Below are positions 11,630-25,002 of a stretch of 64,000 nucleotides of DNA, in pieces. The stretch covers positions 57,944,127-58,008,126 of the forward strand of contig NC_068983.1 in NCBI RefSeq assembly GCF_001194135.2, in the 5' to 3' direction. The notes beneath the pieces were generated by a model that made no database searches, was not told the origin of the DNA, and saw nothing but the letters and a program-made list of their open reading frames with translations. This DNA comes from Octopus bimaculoides (Eukaryota). The stretch's first letter is position 1. Every line of letters starts with the position of its first letter. Made by a program: the position numbers and the translations under genes.

Positions 11630-12775
11630 TAGTGGTTGGACAAAATAATGGAAACACCTAGCATTATAGCATCATAATTTTGAAATATTTATAAAACTGT
11701 CAAAAGCTTGTTTATTTTTATGTTTTTTGATTTATTATTAGTGTTGCTTGATATGTTTTGCTAAAATTGCTGTTTCTTTTCAGATATCATCAGAAAAACG
11801 TAATTAAAATTCATTAAAATGACGGATGTATTCAACTTTCAAAGAGACCAAATTGTTGGTGCTGGTATGCCAGGTTCTAGAAGACAAAAACAGCCAAAAT
11901 GTTTGGTGTATCAAGAAGGATCACAAAAGTACAGCTCCCAAAATTATAGCAGAGCTTAATGACCACATCGATAACCCAGTTTCCAGAAAAACTGTTCACC
12001 AGGAGCTGCACAAAGCTGGATTTCATGGGAGGGCTGCAATTAGAAAACCACTAATTTCAAAAATGAATGCTGCAAAGCAGTTTCAGTGGACTAAAAACCT
12101 ACAGAATTGGTCCCTAGAGCAGTGGAAGAATGTTATTTTCTCCGATGAGTTATCATTTACCTTATTTCCGACCACCGGCTGAGTATATGTGTTGAGACAA
12201 CCAAAAGAAACATTTGACCTAGACTGCCTTCTTTCAACTGTTAAACATGGAGGAGGATCTGTGATGATCTGTGGGGGCTATATCTTGGAAATCTGCCGGC
12301 CCAATGGTTTCTCTTCATGGCAGAATTAATAGTCAAGACTATTTAAGCATCTTATCTCATCAAATTCGTCCTATGGTTGCAGAACTGTTTTCAGAGAGAA
12401 ACACAATCTTTCAGGATAATAATGAGCCAATTCACACATATAAAGTTGTTACTGAATGGCGTAAGGAACATTCTAGTGAAGTTGAACATCTTATCTGGCC
12501 ACCACAGTCCACAGATCTCAATATTATTGAACATTTATTGTGCATTTTAGAAAAACAAGTAAGCTGTCGATATCCTCCACCATCATCACTTCAAGAACTA
12601 GAGACTGTTTTAGCTGAAGAATGGACAAAAATTCCTTTGGAGAAAATTCAAACTTTGTACGAGTCCATACCTCATGGAATTCAAGCTATAATTAGTGCCA
12701 AAGGCGTTCCAACCCCAAATTAAAATAAATTTGTTTGAAATTTGAAGGTGTTTCCATTATTTTGTCCAACCTCTG
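11630..12775 (+). mobile_element. Tc1-family DNA transposon, internally deleted and inactive
   Basis: ~30-bp TIRs (ggttggacaaaataatggaaacacct at 11630-11659 and its reverse complement at 12746-12775), followed by TA on the right. Confidence 0.92.
11819..12723 (+). pseudogene. Tc1 DD34E transposase pseudogene
   Basis: Motifs QWKNVIFSDE, VKHGGGSVMI, FQDNN, WPPQSTDLNIIEHL; frameshifts and stops split it into ORFs 11826-12182 and 12271-12723. Confidence 0.92.
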
Positions 12776-13109
12776 TAGATAGTCACAAGCATCCTTTACT
12801 ATTATAATATTATGTGGCTATTAAAATATTTCCCCTCTTTTTGAGATGGTTATTGTTTACTTTTGAGCACTATATCCGTAGGGATTTACTTATGTATCCA
12901 AAGTAGCAAAGATGAGAGCAAACCATTTCAGGATGAGAGGTTGAGTAAATTTCCCCTCTGCATGCCACTAATTTTGCCTAAGGTGATGGAAGGGACCACT
13001 ATAGCTAGGCACCAATTAAAAGCAGCTGCATACAGAATATAGAACTAATTTATATACACAGACACGACAGAAGTAAATAGACCCCACCAGAAATCATAGT
13101 TTTATATTT

Positions 13110-13265
13110 ATTCTAGCTTTCAGTTTCCGTCTACCAAATCAACTCACAAGGCTTTTGTCGGCCCAAAGCTATAGTAGAAGACACTTGCCCAAGGTGCCAT
13201 GCAGTGGGAATGAACCCGGAACCATGTGGTTGGTTAGCAAGCTACTTACCACACAGCCACTCCTG
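13110..13265 (-). mobile_element. SINE family A 5' half
   Basis: Reverse complement of the gtggctgtgtggtaagtagcttgc...ccttgggcaagtgtcttctac head. Confidence 0.85.
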
Positions 13266-13269
13266 CCCC

Positions 13270-13368
<99 letters not shown>

Positions 13369-13529
13369 GTACATATGTGTGTGTGTGTGTGTATCCCTAG
13401 TTCCAGTCTCGACTGTGAACTTGGAACCTAACAGATGACCAATTATAGCACCTACACAGTCTACCTATTCGTTTAGATCACCAGTGAACTAAACTCCTCA
13501 CATTCTTTATATATATATATACATCATCA

Positions 13530-13900
13530 TCATCATCGTTTAACGTCCGCTTTCCATGCTANNNNNNNNNNATATATACATCATCATCATCATCGTTTAA
13601 CGTCCGCTTTCCATGCTAGCATGGGTTGGACGATTTGACTGAAGACTGGCAAACCAGATGGCTGAACCAGGCTCCAATCTGATTTGGCCGAATTTCTACT
13701 GCTGGAAGCCCTTCCTAACACCAACCACTCCAAGAGTGTAGTGGGTGCTTTTACGTGCCACCTGCATGAAGGCCAGTCAGGAGGTACTGGCAACAGCCAC
13801 GCTCAAAATGGTGTGTTTTACATGTCACCTGCACAGGAGCCAGTCCAGCAGTACTGGCAACGACCTCGTTCGAATGTCTTTTCATGTGCCAGGAAGGTGG
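13530..13900 (-). mobile_element. RTE LINE 3' tail fragment with (GAT)n tail
   Basis: catcatcgtttaacgtccgctttccatgctagcatgggttggacg end motif, matching the 3' end of the RTE copy at 19321-20470. Confidence 0.85.
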
Positions 13901-15329
13901 CGCTGGTAACACATATATATACATATATATTTACTAATACATTGATAGACACAGGTAAGCTGATAGATACAAATTGCAAGTTCAAATCAGCTTCAAGTGT
14001 TTATGTTTATAGGAAAGAAGCCTTAATCTACATTATTTCACTCCACCTAATCTCAATAATAGATAAGAGATCTGACACTGGAAATTATAAGCATCAATTT
14101 GATACTAACAAGTGAAATAGTCCAACATTTATCCAAGTGATGGATATATGTTTTATTTCCTGTTAGAAAGTAGGTTTCTCTTTTCTCTCTCAAATTTCGG
14201 CTCGTAATGTATAAAATCATTTTGTATTATATCATAACGTATAATATTACATACATTAGATTCTTAGCGGTTTATTCATATGCAACAGATCTTTTGGGAG
14301 AATGAAGAAGAAAAAAATCAATAGAACTAACCATATTCGTTTATAGAAACCTCTGATCATGAAAGAACAAGCAATTGTCTCTATTTATCACACAAGTATG
14401 TCAGGTAGTGATATTTTATCCAGAATAGGTATAAATTCTAGTAGGCAGGCGATAGTACTGAAACTAGTGATACAAATAAACTTAAATTGGAACAAATGGT
14501 CAGTCTATATAATTGAGGTTATAAAGGTTGCAGATCGAATAATAAATGGTTAGATTATAAAGCAACAAGTATAATGATAATGCATGTTGTCTCTTTTGAT
14601 CCAACAAATGAGAAAAATGGTCTCCTGTTGTCCAATTCTATAGGTTGGCTTCATATAAATTACGTTGGAGTTTATATTCTTCTTGTGAATGGTACACCAT
14701 TGACATAGATCATTGCTGTCCCCAACAAAAGTCATTATCAACAATTTACCAGAATTATATTTTCAAAGAACTGCATATCCATTCTTTGTATACAGCAGCC
14801 ATCAAACAATGAATCTAATAACTGGCTGCTGTTACAACATGCATCAGTTAAATTTTCTCAACATATTGTTCCTTTCTTTTTCATTTTTTTTTTCCTTTGG
14901 CTTTTTTTTATTTTTAGGTGGTTATGTCTGTGTGGTTAAGAAGTCCCACTCCCGACCATATGGCTTCATGTTCAGTTCCACTGCATAGCAGCTTGGGTAA
15001 TTTTCTTCTACTATTATAGCCCCAGGATGACCAATGGGAATTTGATAAAAACTATACATACATACATGCATACATGCATACATATGTATATGCATGTACA
15101 TATATATATATATATATATATGCAAGAGAGTTAGGGGTTGAGAATTCAACCCACTAAGGGATAGTATCTATCCAATATACTGCTGGGAGGGTACCCAATT
15201 ATTGTTACACTAGTGCTATACCAAGTGTAATAAGTGGGAGTGGTTTACCCTATATATACATATTTAAAAACTCAAATGAATGATAACAGACAATGGATAA
15301 TTGTCAGCCCATTACAGCTCTTTCTTACA

Positions 15330-15750
15330 CATTTCGATCTGAATCTGAGCATGTAGAAAGCACCATTCTAGCATGGTCGATGCCAGTGCTGCCTGACTGG
15401 CACCTGTGCCAGTGGCACGTAAAAAGCCCCTTTCAAGGGTGGTCAATGCCTTTAGTCGAACAATGTGGTTGGTAAGCAAGCTACTTACCACACAGCCATG
15501 CCTGTATCTATATATACAATAAGCTTCTTTCAATTTCTGTCTATCAAATCCAAGGTGCCATGCAGCGGGACTGAACCCAGAACCATGTGGTTCAGAAGCA
15601 AGCTTCTTGCCACATAGCTACCCCTGCACCTATATATACAATGAGCTTCTTTCAGTTTCCGTCCTTTAAATTGAAAGTGTCACACAGTGGGACTGAACCC
15701 AAAACTATGTGGTTGAGAAGCAAGCTTTTTACCACACAACCATGTCTACA
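15330..15750 (-). mobile_element. Cluster of three partial SINE A heads plus an RTE 3'UTR repeat unit
   Basis: Repeated gactgaaccc...aagcaagct...accacacagcc segments. Confidence 0.75.
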
Positions 15751-16670
15751 ATTATTTAAGCAGTGAAGTTTACTTGAGACATTTGTATAGTTAGTGCTGT
15801 CTGAATGCATCTCATCATCTTAACATCGTTTTAAGAAGCCAAAAATACTTTGTGAAAGTTTAAACTTGGAGATAACAGACAAAGAAGGCTAGAACTCTCC
15901 TTCTAAGAATACATTTGTGTCTGTCTGCATTTTAAGGATGTCCATAATTGTGACTAACGAAATTTGCAACGTCTTCTTGTAATCTACTTCCTGTAATCTA
16001 CTTCCTGTAATCTACTTCCTGTTACTAGCTGTTTGACTTCATAACGCATTATGCTCGCCCACATCACATGGACTCACAAAATATATACATGCCAGAAACT
16101 GTGTGTATATGTGTGCATGTATGTAGATGTATATGTGGGGGTAAATATAAGAGGAACTGGGTTATATTTGTACTCTTTCGATCATCATCATCATCGTCAT
16201 CATCATCATCATCATCATCATCATCTCTGACTTTGATTCTAAGTTTGGTTTGTATGCGCTCAAGAGAAATCAAAGAAGTATGGTTCTGACTGAACTGAAA
16301 TAAAACTAAGACAAACAAAACAACATGTGTGTGTGTGTGTGTGTGTGTNNNNNNNNNNTGTGTGAATGTATATACACTGTATATATGTTCACATATATGC
16401 TTGTGTGTATATAAATATATTGTGTATATATAGGTAAATAGTTATATATATATATGTATATATCAGAGCTTTTTCTATCAAGTTCTGATCCTGATGAAAT
16501 GTTCAATTAACTATAATTCAATATGAATCTTTAATTAAATTTTTTCTAATTTGAATTAATTGATTGGACATGGAAACAATTGTAGGTTCTATGAGTTTGA
16601 TAGCGTTCAAAATTGGACTTGTTTCAATATATTGACGTCTATATGTCAATTTCTCCATTTTCTTCTGTCT

Positions 16671-16702
<32 letters not shown>

Positions 16703-17797
16703 TATATATGTATATAAATATAAATGTATATATATATACATATACATATATATATATNNNNNNNNNNNNNNNNNNNNNNNNNNNNNNNNNNNNNNNNNNN
16801 NNNNNNNNNNNNNNNNNNNNNNNNNNNNNNNNNNNNNNNNNNNNNNNNNNNNNNNNNNNNNNNNNNNNNNNNNNNNNNNNNNNNNNNNNNNNNNNNNNNN
16901 NNNNNNNNNNNNNNNNNNNNNNNNNNNNNNNNNNNNNNNNNNNNNNNNNNNNNNNNNNNNNNNCTTATATCTTCTTTTCCAGTGACATTCTTCACTGATA
17001 TTGAAAAGGTGAAAACAAGCAATGTTAATTCTCTAAATGAAGTATTAACAGTAACTGCACGATAAAGTGTAGTATATTGCCACTTAAGTGTGGCTGACCC
17101 CTAGGGGTGGATGTTACTGTTGCTTTTAGCCCCAGGAGGACATCTCCTCCAGCTGGCTTATCGACACACGACTGTGTCCTGTTTGCCAAGGGAGTTATCC
17201 CTCTCACCACGACCAGCAGCACGAACGTATATATATTTACATATATGTATATATATACATACATATATTTATAAGTGGGTGTATGGATGTATGGATGTAT
17301 ATGAACCAAAAGTTACTATGAATAATGGAATGCAAAGATGAAAGCATGTGAGTGAAAACTAAAGGAGATTCCTTCTTTAGTTTTGGCTAGTTGAATGAAA
17401 AGATTTGGATGAAGAAGAACAGAAAAGAAAATTTAAAAGGTACAAAATACAAGCTGTTGAAAGTAAAGTAGGATAAATTAAGGAAAAATAAATTTTAAAT
17501 ATCAATAAGCAAACAAACAAATAGAATAAAAAAGTAAATGCAGGTTTGAAAAAGAAAACGAGTTCTAAAAAAATGCCCCTAGTTAAGAAGTGGCATGATA
17601 AAAGAAGAAGAAGAAGAAAGGAAGGCAAAAAAGAGAAAATGAAGAAAAGATAAGTCAGTAGATTACATTTGCTTTGATGAAAGAGTTTTGAAAGAACTTA
17701 ATCAAATGATTTGATTCATTTTAACGAAGTTGATTTATTCATTGCACTGGCTGCCAGATAAATTTACAAATTCTTCTATTGGCTTTGCATATATGGT

Positions 17798-17849
<52 letters not shown>

Positions 17850-18594
17850 CATACATATATAATATATATATATATATATGTACATATGTATTGATATCTA
17901 TATATGCATGAATAAGTATGTGTATATATATATATATATATATATANNNNNNNNNNNNNNNNNNNNNNNNNNNNNNNNNNNNNNNNNNNNNNNNNNNNNN
18001 NNNNNNNNNNNNNNNNNNNNNNNNNNNNNNNNNNNNNNNNNNNNNNNNNNNNNNNNNNNNNNNNNNNNNNNNNNNNNNNNNNNNNNNTATATAGATATAT
18101 AGATATATAGATATATATATATATATACATATATATCTATATACATATATATATGTATATATATTTGTATTTCATTTAACCATGCTTTTGTGTGTGTGTG
18201 TGTGTATGTGTGTGTGTGCGTGAAATGAAGTATATAAATAAAATAAAAATCTAGAAAAATAATAGTGACTCTAGTGTAAGACTACAAAATAGAAGGAATT
18301 CTTTATTTTTCTAAATAAAAGGATGGCAAGATTAAAGATAAGAGAATCTATTATTTCAAATTTTTGGTGGAAGTTGAAATGGTTTATATGTTTAACTATC
18401 AACAGCTCAGTCTGTGTAACAATGAACAGGATCCACAATAAGAGAGATAAGCGAGATTAGTGAAAGATCTAAAGTGAGAAGTACATTATATGCTTTGGAT
18501 GAAGTTGGGGCAGAGTCTGATTGTAGTATTCAGTACATATATATGTGTGTAACCCTTTCGAATGAGCAACACTGATTCTACAGCTCCATCAACA

Positions 18595-19230
18595 TCATAA
18601 TCATAGTCGTTTAACGTCCACCTTCCATGCTGGCATGGGTTGGACGGTTTGACTGAGGACTGGCAAGCCAGAAGGCCGTACCAGCCTTCAATATGATCTG
18701 GCAAAGTTTCTACAGATGGATGCCCTTTCTTACACCAACCCCTCTGAGAGTGTAGTGGGTACTTTTGCATGCCACGAGCATGAGGGTAAGTCAGGCAGTT
18801 CTGGCAACGACCACACTCAAGAGGTATTTTTTATGTGCCACCTGCATGGGAGCCAGTCTGGCGGCACTGGCAACAACCATGCTCGAATGTTGTTTTTCAT
18901 GTGCCAGTAATGCGGCACTGGCAGCGATCACAATCGAATGGTANNNNNNNNNNTGTTGTTTTTCATGTGCCAGTAATGCGGCACTGGCAGCGATCACAAT
19001 CGAATGGTACTTTTTACTTGCCACTGGCACAGGTGCCAGTCAGCAGCCCTGGCAACGATCACGCTCACATGGTGCTTTTAACTTTCCACTGGCATGAGTG
19101 CCAATCAGGTGTTACTGTCATCGCCCACGTCAGCGATTTTAATTTCAATTGCCTCAACAGGTCTGTGCAAACAAAGTTCATTGTCCAATGAATGAAGGGT
19201 GCTTATAATGGGCTGGTTATGCTTTGAAAT
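18595..19230 (-). mobile_element. RTE LINE 3'UTR fragment
   Basis: Family 3' end motif at 18600; 19100-19230 is the reverse complement of about 19790-19890. Confidence 0.8.
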
Positions 19231-19320
19231 GACTAAATATGAACTGCTATTGGATCTTACACACCATGTACTTTTTTACCACTTCTATACACCATTTTCC
19301 TCGAATAATGGAACTGCTAC

Positions 19321-20470
19321 TACAGAGTAAACGGTAGACTGTATGATGCATGTGTACGAACAGCCATGCTACATGGCAGTGAAACATGGGCCGTGACTGC
19401 TGAGAACATGTGTAAGCTCACAAGAAGTGAAACCAGTATGTCCAATGGATGTGTAATGTCAGTGTGCATACTCGTCAGTGTGCATACTCGTCAGTGTGCA
19501 TACTCGTCAGAGTGTAAGTACCTTGAGAGAAAAGTTGGACCTAAGAAGCAAGAGAGATGTTGCGCTGGTATGGTCATGTGGCGAGAATGGATGAGGATAG
19601 CTGTGGGAAAAAGTTCCACACCCTAGCAGTTGAGGGAACCTGTGGAAGAGGTAGACTCAGGAAACCCCGGGATGAGGTGGTGAAGCATGACCTTCGAACT
19701 TTAGGCCTCACTGAGGCAATGACTAGTGACCGAGACCTTTGGAAATATGCTGTGCATGAGAAGAACCAGCAAACCAAGTGAGACCATAACCCATGGCCTT
19801 TGCCAAGGGTGTAGCCAGCCCAATTATGCATACCTTTCCTTCATTGGACACTAAAGTCTGTTTGCAAAGACCTGTTGAGGCAAATGAAATCGAAATCAAA
19901 CCAAATTTGACGACTGGCATCCATGCCAACCTTTCCTTCATTGGACACTAAACTCTGCTTGTGAAACCCTGTTGGGGCAAGTGAAATCGAAATCATTATT
20001 GAACCAAAGTCGATGAATGACACTCGTGTCAGTGGGGCACTAACAGTACCATCCGAGTGTGATCATTGCCAGAGCAGCTGTCAGGATGGTGGCATGTAAA
20101 AGGCACTCTTCAAGCGTGATTGTTACCAACGTCACCTTACTGGCATTTGTGCCGGTGGCATGTTAAAAAAACATTCGAACGAGGTCGTTGCCAGTGCCGC
20201 TGGACTGACTCCTGTGCAGGTGGCATGTAAAAACACCATTTGAGTGTGGCCATTGCCAGAACTGCCTGACAGGCCCTCGTGCTGGTGGCACATAAAAGCA
20301 CCCACTACTCTCTCGGAGTGGTTGGCATTAGGAAGGGTATCCAGCTGTACAAACTCTGCCAAATCAGACTGGAGCCTAGTGCAGTCATCTGGTTCACCAG
20401 CCCTCAGTCAAACCGTCCAACCTATGCTAGTATGAAAAGCGGACATTAAACGTTGATGATGATGATGATG
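19321..20470 (+). mobile_element. 5'-truncated RTE-clade LINE (RT C-terminus, ~700-nt 3'UTR, (GAT)n tail)
   Basis: GRLYDACVRTAMLHGSETWAVT and LRWYGHVARMDED...GRGRLRKP peptides are typical of RTE RT C-termini. Confidence 0.9.
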
Positions 20471-21701
20471 ATTACAGGTCGATGATTTGTAATATAACCT
20501 GGTATTTCTATATTTTAGTGTTCTAACCCTTTCTTCAGGATACCTATAGAGAAAAGGTGTTAAAAGGTGGTTAACATTTCAGTTTTTGTCTACCAATTCC
20601 CCTAACAGTGTTCATCAGAATGTGGCTGTAGAAGAAGATAGTTGCCAAGGTAACATGCAATGGAACTTGACTAGCAACAATATGGTCTGGTCATGTAGTA
20701 TATTTGCTAACTACAAACCGGTGCTGGTTCCATGTAAAAATTATCCAAGCACACAAAACGTACGTGTGTTGGTGACATCTAAAAGTACCTGTGGTGGTTT
20801 CACTTCAAGAGCGCTTGTGCTGGTTCCACATAAAAGAAAAAAAAAACACCTGTGTTGGTGCCATGTATGAAGCAACCATGCTGGTGCCACATGAAAAGCA
20901 CCTAGTACACTTTATGAAGTGGTTGGCATTCGGTAGTGGCATCAGAGGTTGGAAAGCTTACCAAATCAGACGACTGGAACCTGGTGCAGTCTTCAGCTTG
21001 CCAGATCCTGTCAAACCATCGTTCCTATGCCAGCATAGAAAATAGACCTTACTGATGATGATGGTGGTGGTGGTAGTGATGATGATGAGGATGAGGAGGA
21101 GGAATGGAATGACAGCCATGACTATACTAGTATGCGTGCATGCACAGGTGAGCATGTTTGTATATGTATGTAAGTTATGTGCATCTGTGTGTGCATGCTT
21201 GCATCTGTGTATGTCTTTATATAATTGACACAACACTGCTGTTGCAGTTTTGCTATTCTCACACATACACGCACCGCTCATGCACACACACATACAGAAC
21301 ACACCCACACAAATAAACCAAGGTTGTGATATTGATTACGTAATGCACAACACAAAATTTACAAAATGCAGTGGATTTTGGTAGTAATTAGATCCAAAAC
21401 GAAAGTGTTCCTAGTTAATTAAAAATATATCTAATGGTTGCTTATAATTCAATTCTAATTTACGCTCATGATAATTTAATATGCCATTGACTGGGAATTT
21501 TACCTTTAAAAATTAAAATTTTAAAGCAGCTTATTGCCCAAATTAATAATAAGCTGTGTGTAGAAGCAGTTCTCAAAACAAGCATAATTTATTACATGTT
21601 GCCTATATGCATGTTTGTATAAGCATGCATATATGTGTATACATGTGTGTGTGTATGTGTGTGTGTGTGCATAAATAGATATATATGTATATGTATATGT
21701 A

Positions 21702-21755
<54 letters not shown>

Positions 21756-22369
21756 TATATACTTGTGTGTGTGTGTATATATACATATATGTATATACAC
21801 ACACACACACATATATATATACACATATATATGTGTGTGTGTGCATGTATCTATATACATATATGTATATACACACACATATATACATACATATATAAAC
21901 ATATATATAAATATATATTATCATCATCATCATCATCATTATTTTCCATGCTGGCATTGGTTGGATGGCTGAACCAGAGCTGGAAAACCATAGAACTACA
22001 CCAGGTTCCATTGTCTGATATAACATGGTTTCTACAGCTGGATGCCCTTCCTAACATCAAACACTTTACAGTGTGTAGTGGATACTTTTAATGTGGCATC
22101 GGCCCGAGCGCCACTGTGTGGCACCAGCACAAGTACTTTTCAATTGGCACTGACACAAGGCTTTCACAAACTATTCCTCTTCACCAGAGGAACTAACCTT
22201 AACACAGCTTTGGTCAGCTTGGCGCCATAGTATAACACGCTTGCAGTGAAACTAATTTTATACAGTGAAACTAATTTCAAAACTAAGTGAATGGAAAGTG
22301 CATGCCTCAGGAAATAATAACTATCTTTGAATTTGTATTGCAAAATATATTCAGGGTCCTATCTTGTGC

Positions 22370-22590
22370 AAATATATATAAATTGAAAGGCAGCAAGCTG
22401 GCAGAAATGTTAGTACACCGGGCAAAATGCTTAGCGGTATTTCGTTTGCTGTTACGTTCTGATTTCAAATTCCGCTGAGGTCGACTTTGCCTTTCATCCT
22501 TTTGGGGTCAATAAATCAACTACCAGTTGTGTACTGGGGTCGATCTAATCGACTGGTCTGCTCCCTAAAAATTTTGGGCCTTATGCCTAG
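22370..22590 (+). mobile_element. SINE family B, near full length
   Basis: ggcagcaagctggcagaaatgttag head; gaggtcgactttgcctttcatcc core; ggccttatgcctagagtagaaaagaat tail. Confidence 0.85.
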
Positions 22591-22990
22591 AGTAGAAAAG
22601 AATATATATAAATTGAGATACCTAAGTATATACCCAAATCTGTATACGAGACAGATGTGTAGAAAGTTTGGCAGTACTATTATAGTTCATATAACATCTA
22701 AACATGGGTATGGCAATTTGCAGGGGCCACAGCTGTGTGGTTAAGGAGTTTGCTTTGGAATTTTATTGTTTTGTGTTCTGTCCCACTGTGTGGTATCTTA
22801 GGCAAGTGTCTCTAGCTATAGCTCCTGGCCAACCAAAGCCTTGTGAGAGCATTTGGGTGACAGAAATTCAACAGTAGATTGTTGTATACATACATGTGTG
22901 TGGATATGTGTTTGTATGTGTGTGAAATATGTTTATGCATAAAATGGTTATTCTTACAGACAGCATTATAATTATTCAACTTACAATAAC

Positions 22991-23715
22991 AGGTGTGGCT
23001 GTGTGGTAAGAAGCTTGCTTCCCAACTACATGGTTCTGGGTTCAGTCCCACTGCATGACACCTTGGGCAAGTGTCTTCTACTATAGGCTCAGGCTGACTA
23101 AAGCCTTGTAAGTGGATTTAGTAGATGGAAACTGAAAGAAGTTCAAGCACCATTCGAGCATGGATTGATGTTAGTACCGTGTCACTGGCTCTCCATGCTG
23201 GTGGCATGTAAAAAGCACCTTGCAAATGTGGTCAATGCCAGTGCTGCTTGACTGGTTCCCATGCTGGTGACATGTAAAAAGCACCCACAACACTCTCAGA
23301 GTGGTTGGCATTAAGAAGGGCATTCAGCTGTAGAAACTCTGCCAGATCAGATTGGAGCCTGGTGCAGCCTACTGGCTTTCCAATCCCAGTCAAACTGTCC
23401 AACCCATGCCAGCATGGAAAGTGGACGTTAAACGATTATGATGATGATGATGATGGTGTATAAGTGTGTGTGTGTGTGTGTGTGTGCGTACCTTTGTATA
23501 TGTGTTTATCCTCCACTACCACTTGACAACTGGTGCTGGTGTGTTTACATCCCTGTAACTTAGCAGTTATGTAAAAGAGACCCATAAAATAAGTAACAGA
23601 CTTAGTTTTTTTTTAAAAGTACTGGGGTTGAATCATCCAACTAAAATTTCTTCAAGGTGGAGCCCCAGCATGGCCACAGCTTAGTAACTGAAACAAGTAA
23701 AAAATAAGAAAAGAT
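22991..23715 (+). mobile_element. SINE family A interrupted by an RTE 3' tail (23145-23455)
   Basis: Head at 22991-23140, tail at 23490-23715; flanked by a 43-bp imperfect direct repeat. Confidence 0.8.
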
Positions 23716-24450
23716 ACACAAAAGTTTATTCTTACAGACAGCATGATAAATATTCAATTTACAGTAACTAGAAATTTCCAAAATGGCTGACACAATTCTG
23801 CGTTTGAAAAGGAAACAAACATTTTTCTCTTCCAGTTTATAATTTTCTTTCTTAATGCTCTAACCTAACCATTCCCCTTTCACCTACAGACACGATCACA
23901 TGGAGACTTCAATTCTAATTTTCTCTATAAATTTTGACAATCATAATATTTTAGTTTGTTTAGTAATTTTATTATTGGCACAAATTGAATTTATATAGAT
24001 TATTTCTTCCTCACCAACACCCCATCTTTCTCTCTCTCACTCTCTGTATCTCTTGTTGCTCCTCCCCCTCTCTCTATCTTTGTATATATGTGTGTGTATA
24101 ATATATATTTATTTATATNNNNNNNNNNNNNNNNNNNNNNNNNNNNNNNNNNNNNNNNNNNNNNNNNNNNNNNNNNNNNNNNNNNNNNNNNNNTATATAT
24201 ATATATATATATGTCTTTTTCTCTTTCTGTCACTATCTCTCTCTCCCGATGTTTTTCTCTCCTTGTCTCTCCCTCTCTCTCTCTCTTTATGTCTCCTTCT
24301 CTGTCTATCTCTCTCTTTCTATCTCCCTTTCTCTTATACTCTCTCCCTTGCTCCTCCTTTAACAAATGCTGTAACAAGCTCAAGAAAATAAAACATCATT
24401 ATTTTTTATGTAAAATAATAAAATATGATCATAGCATATTAAATTCTTAC

Positions 24451-24540
24451 ACAGGACCTGTCAACATATGGTACATATTCTCAAACAAATTTTTCGTTTT
24501 AAAATGAGATAGCTGTCACAAAATGATGCACAACTTTCAA
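24451..24540 (-). other. Candidate last coding exon with ShKT-like cysteine spacing (ESCASFCDSYLILKRKICLRICTIC*)
   Basis: Long polypyrimidine tract ending ttttcag; C-x3-C-x10-C-x3-C-x2-C then stop (24461-24463); gtaaga donor 10 nt after the stop. Confidence 0.4.
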
Positions 24541-24938
24541 CTGAAAAGCAAAAAACAAAAAAACACAAACAAAAAGACAACAGATACAGAAATATACAAT
24601 ACAACAAAAATACAAACCCCACAAACAGAAACAACAAAAATTTACACAAAACTGGAAATTTTACTGTCATCACATTTTGAAAATAAGGCAGAATAATGTC
24701 AGTAGAAAATGAGGTCTTTATTATAAGTTTAAGAGCTGGGGCAAGGGTGGGTTCTATTCGATTTGGTGCTGACAGTTTATTAATTTTCTTGTTTTTGACT
24801 TCGGTTTGTTTTGTTTAATGTCTAGGGTTAGGGATAAGATAAAGAAATATGCATGTGTGAGTGTATATATATGTATATGACAAACATGTATACATTTATA
24901 TACATATGTATGTGCGTGTATGCATATCTTTATCTATG

Positions 24939-25000
<62 letters not shown>

Positions 25001-25002
<2 letters not shown>

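Noticed and set aside
13520-13620. Exact tandem duplications flanking 10-N gaps (also about 18890-19000, 47840-47900 and 48060-48180)
   Set aside because: Typical unmerged contig overlaps, i.e. assembly artefacts
15978-16022. 14-mer triplication tgtaatctacttcc
   Set aside because: Ordinary local slippage with no further structure
24461-24673. Unspliced 70-aa hydrophobic membrane ORF
   Set aside because: The hydrophobic part is the translation of a T-rich polypyrimidine tract, better explained as intron
24660-24700. Upstream exon ...KCDD supplying the first ShKT cysteine
   Set aside because: There is an in-frame TGA eight codons before the Cys, with no AG acceptor or ATG in between
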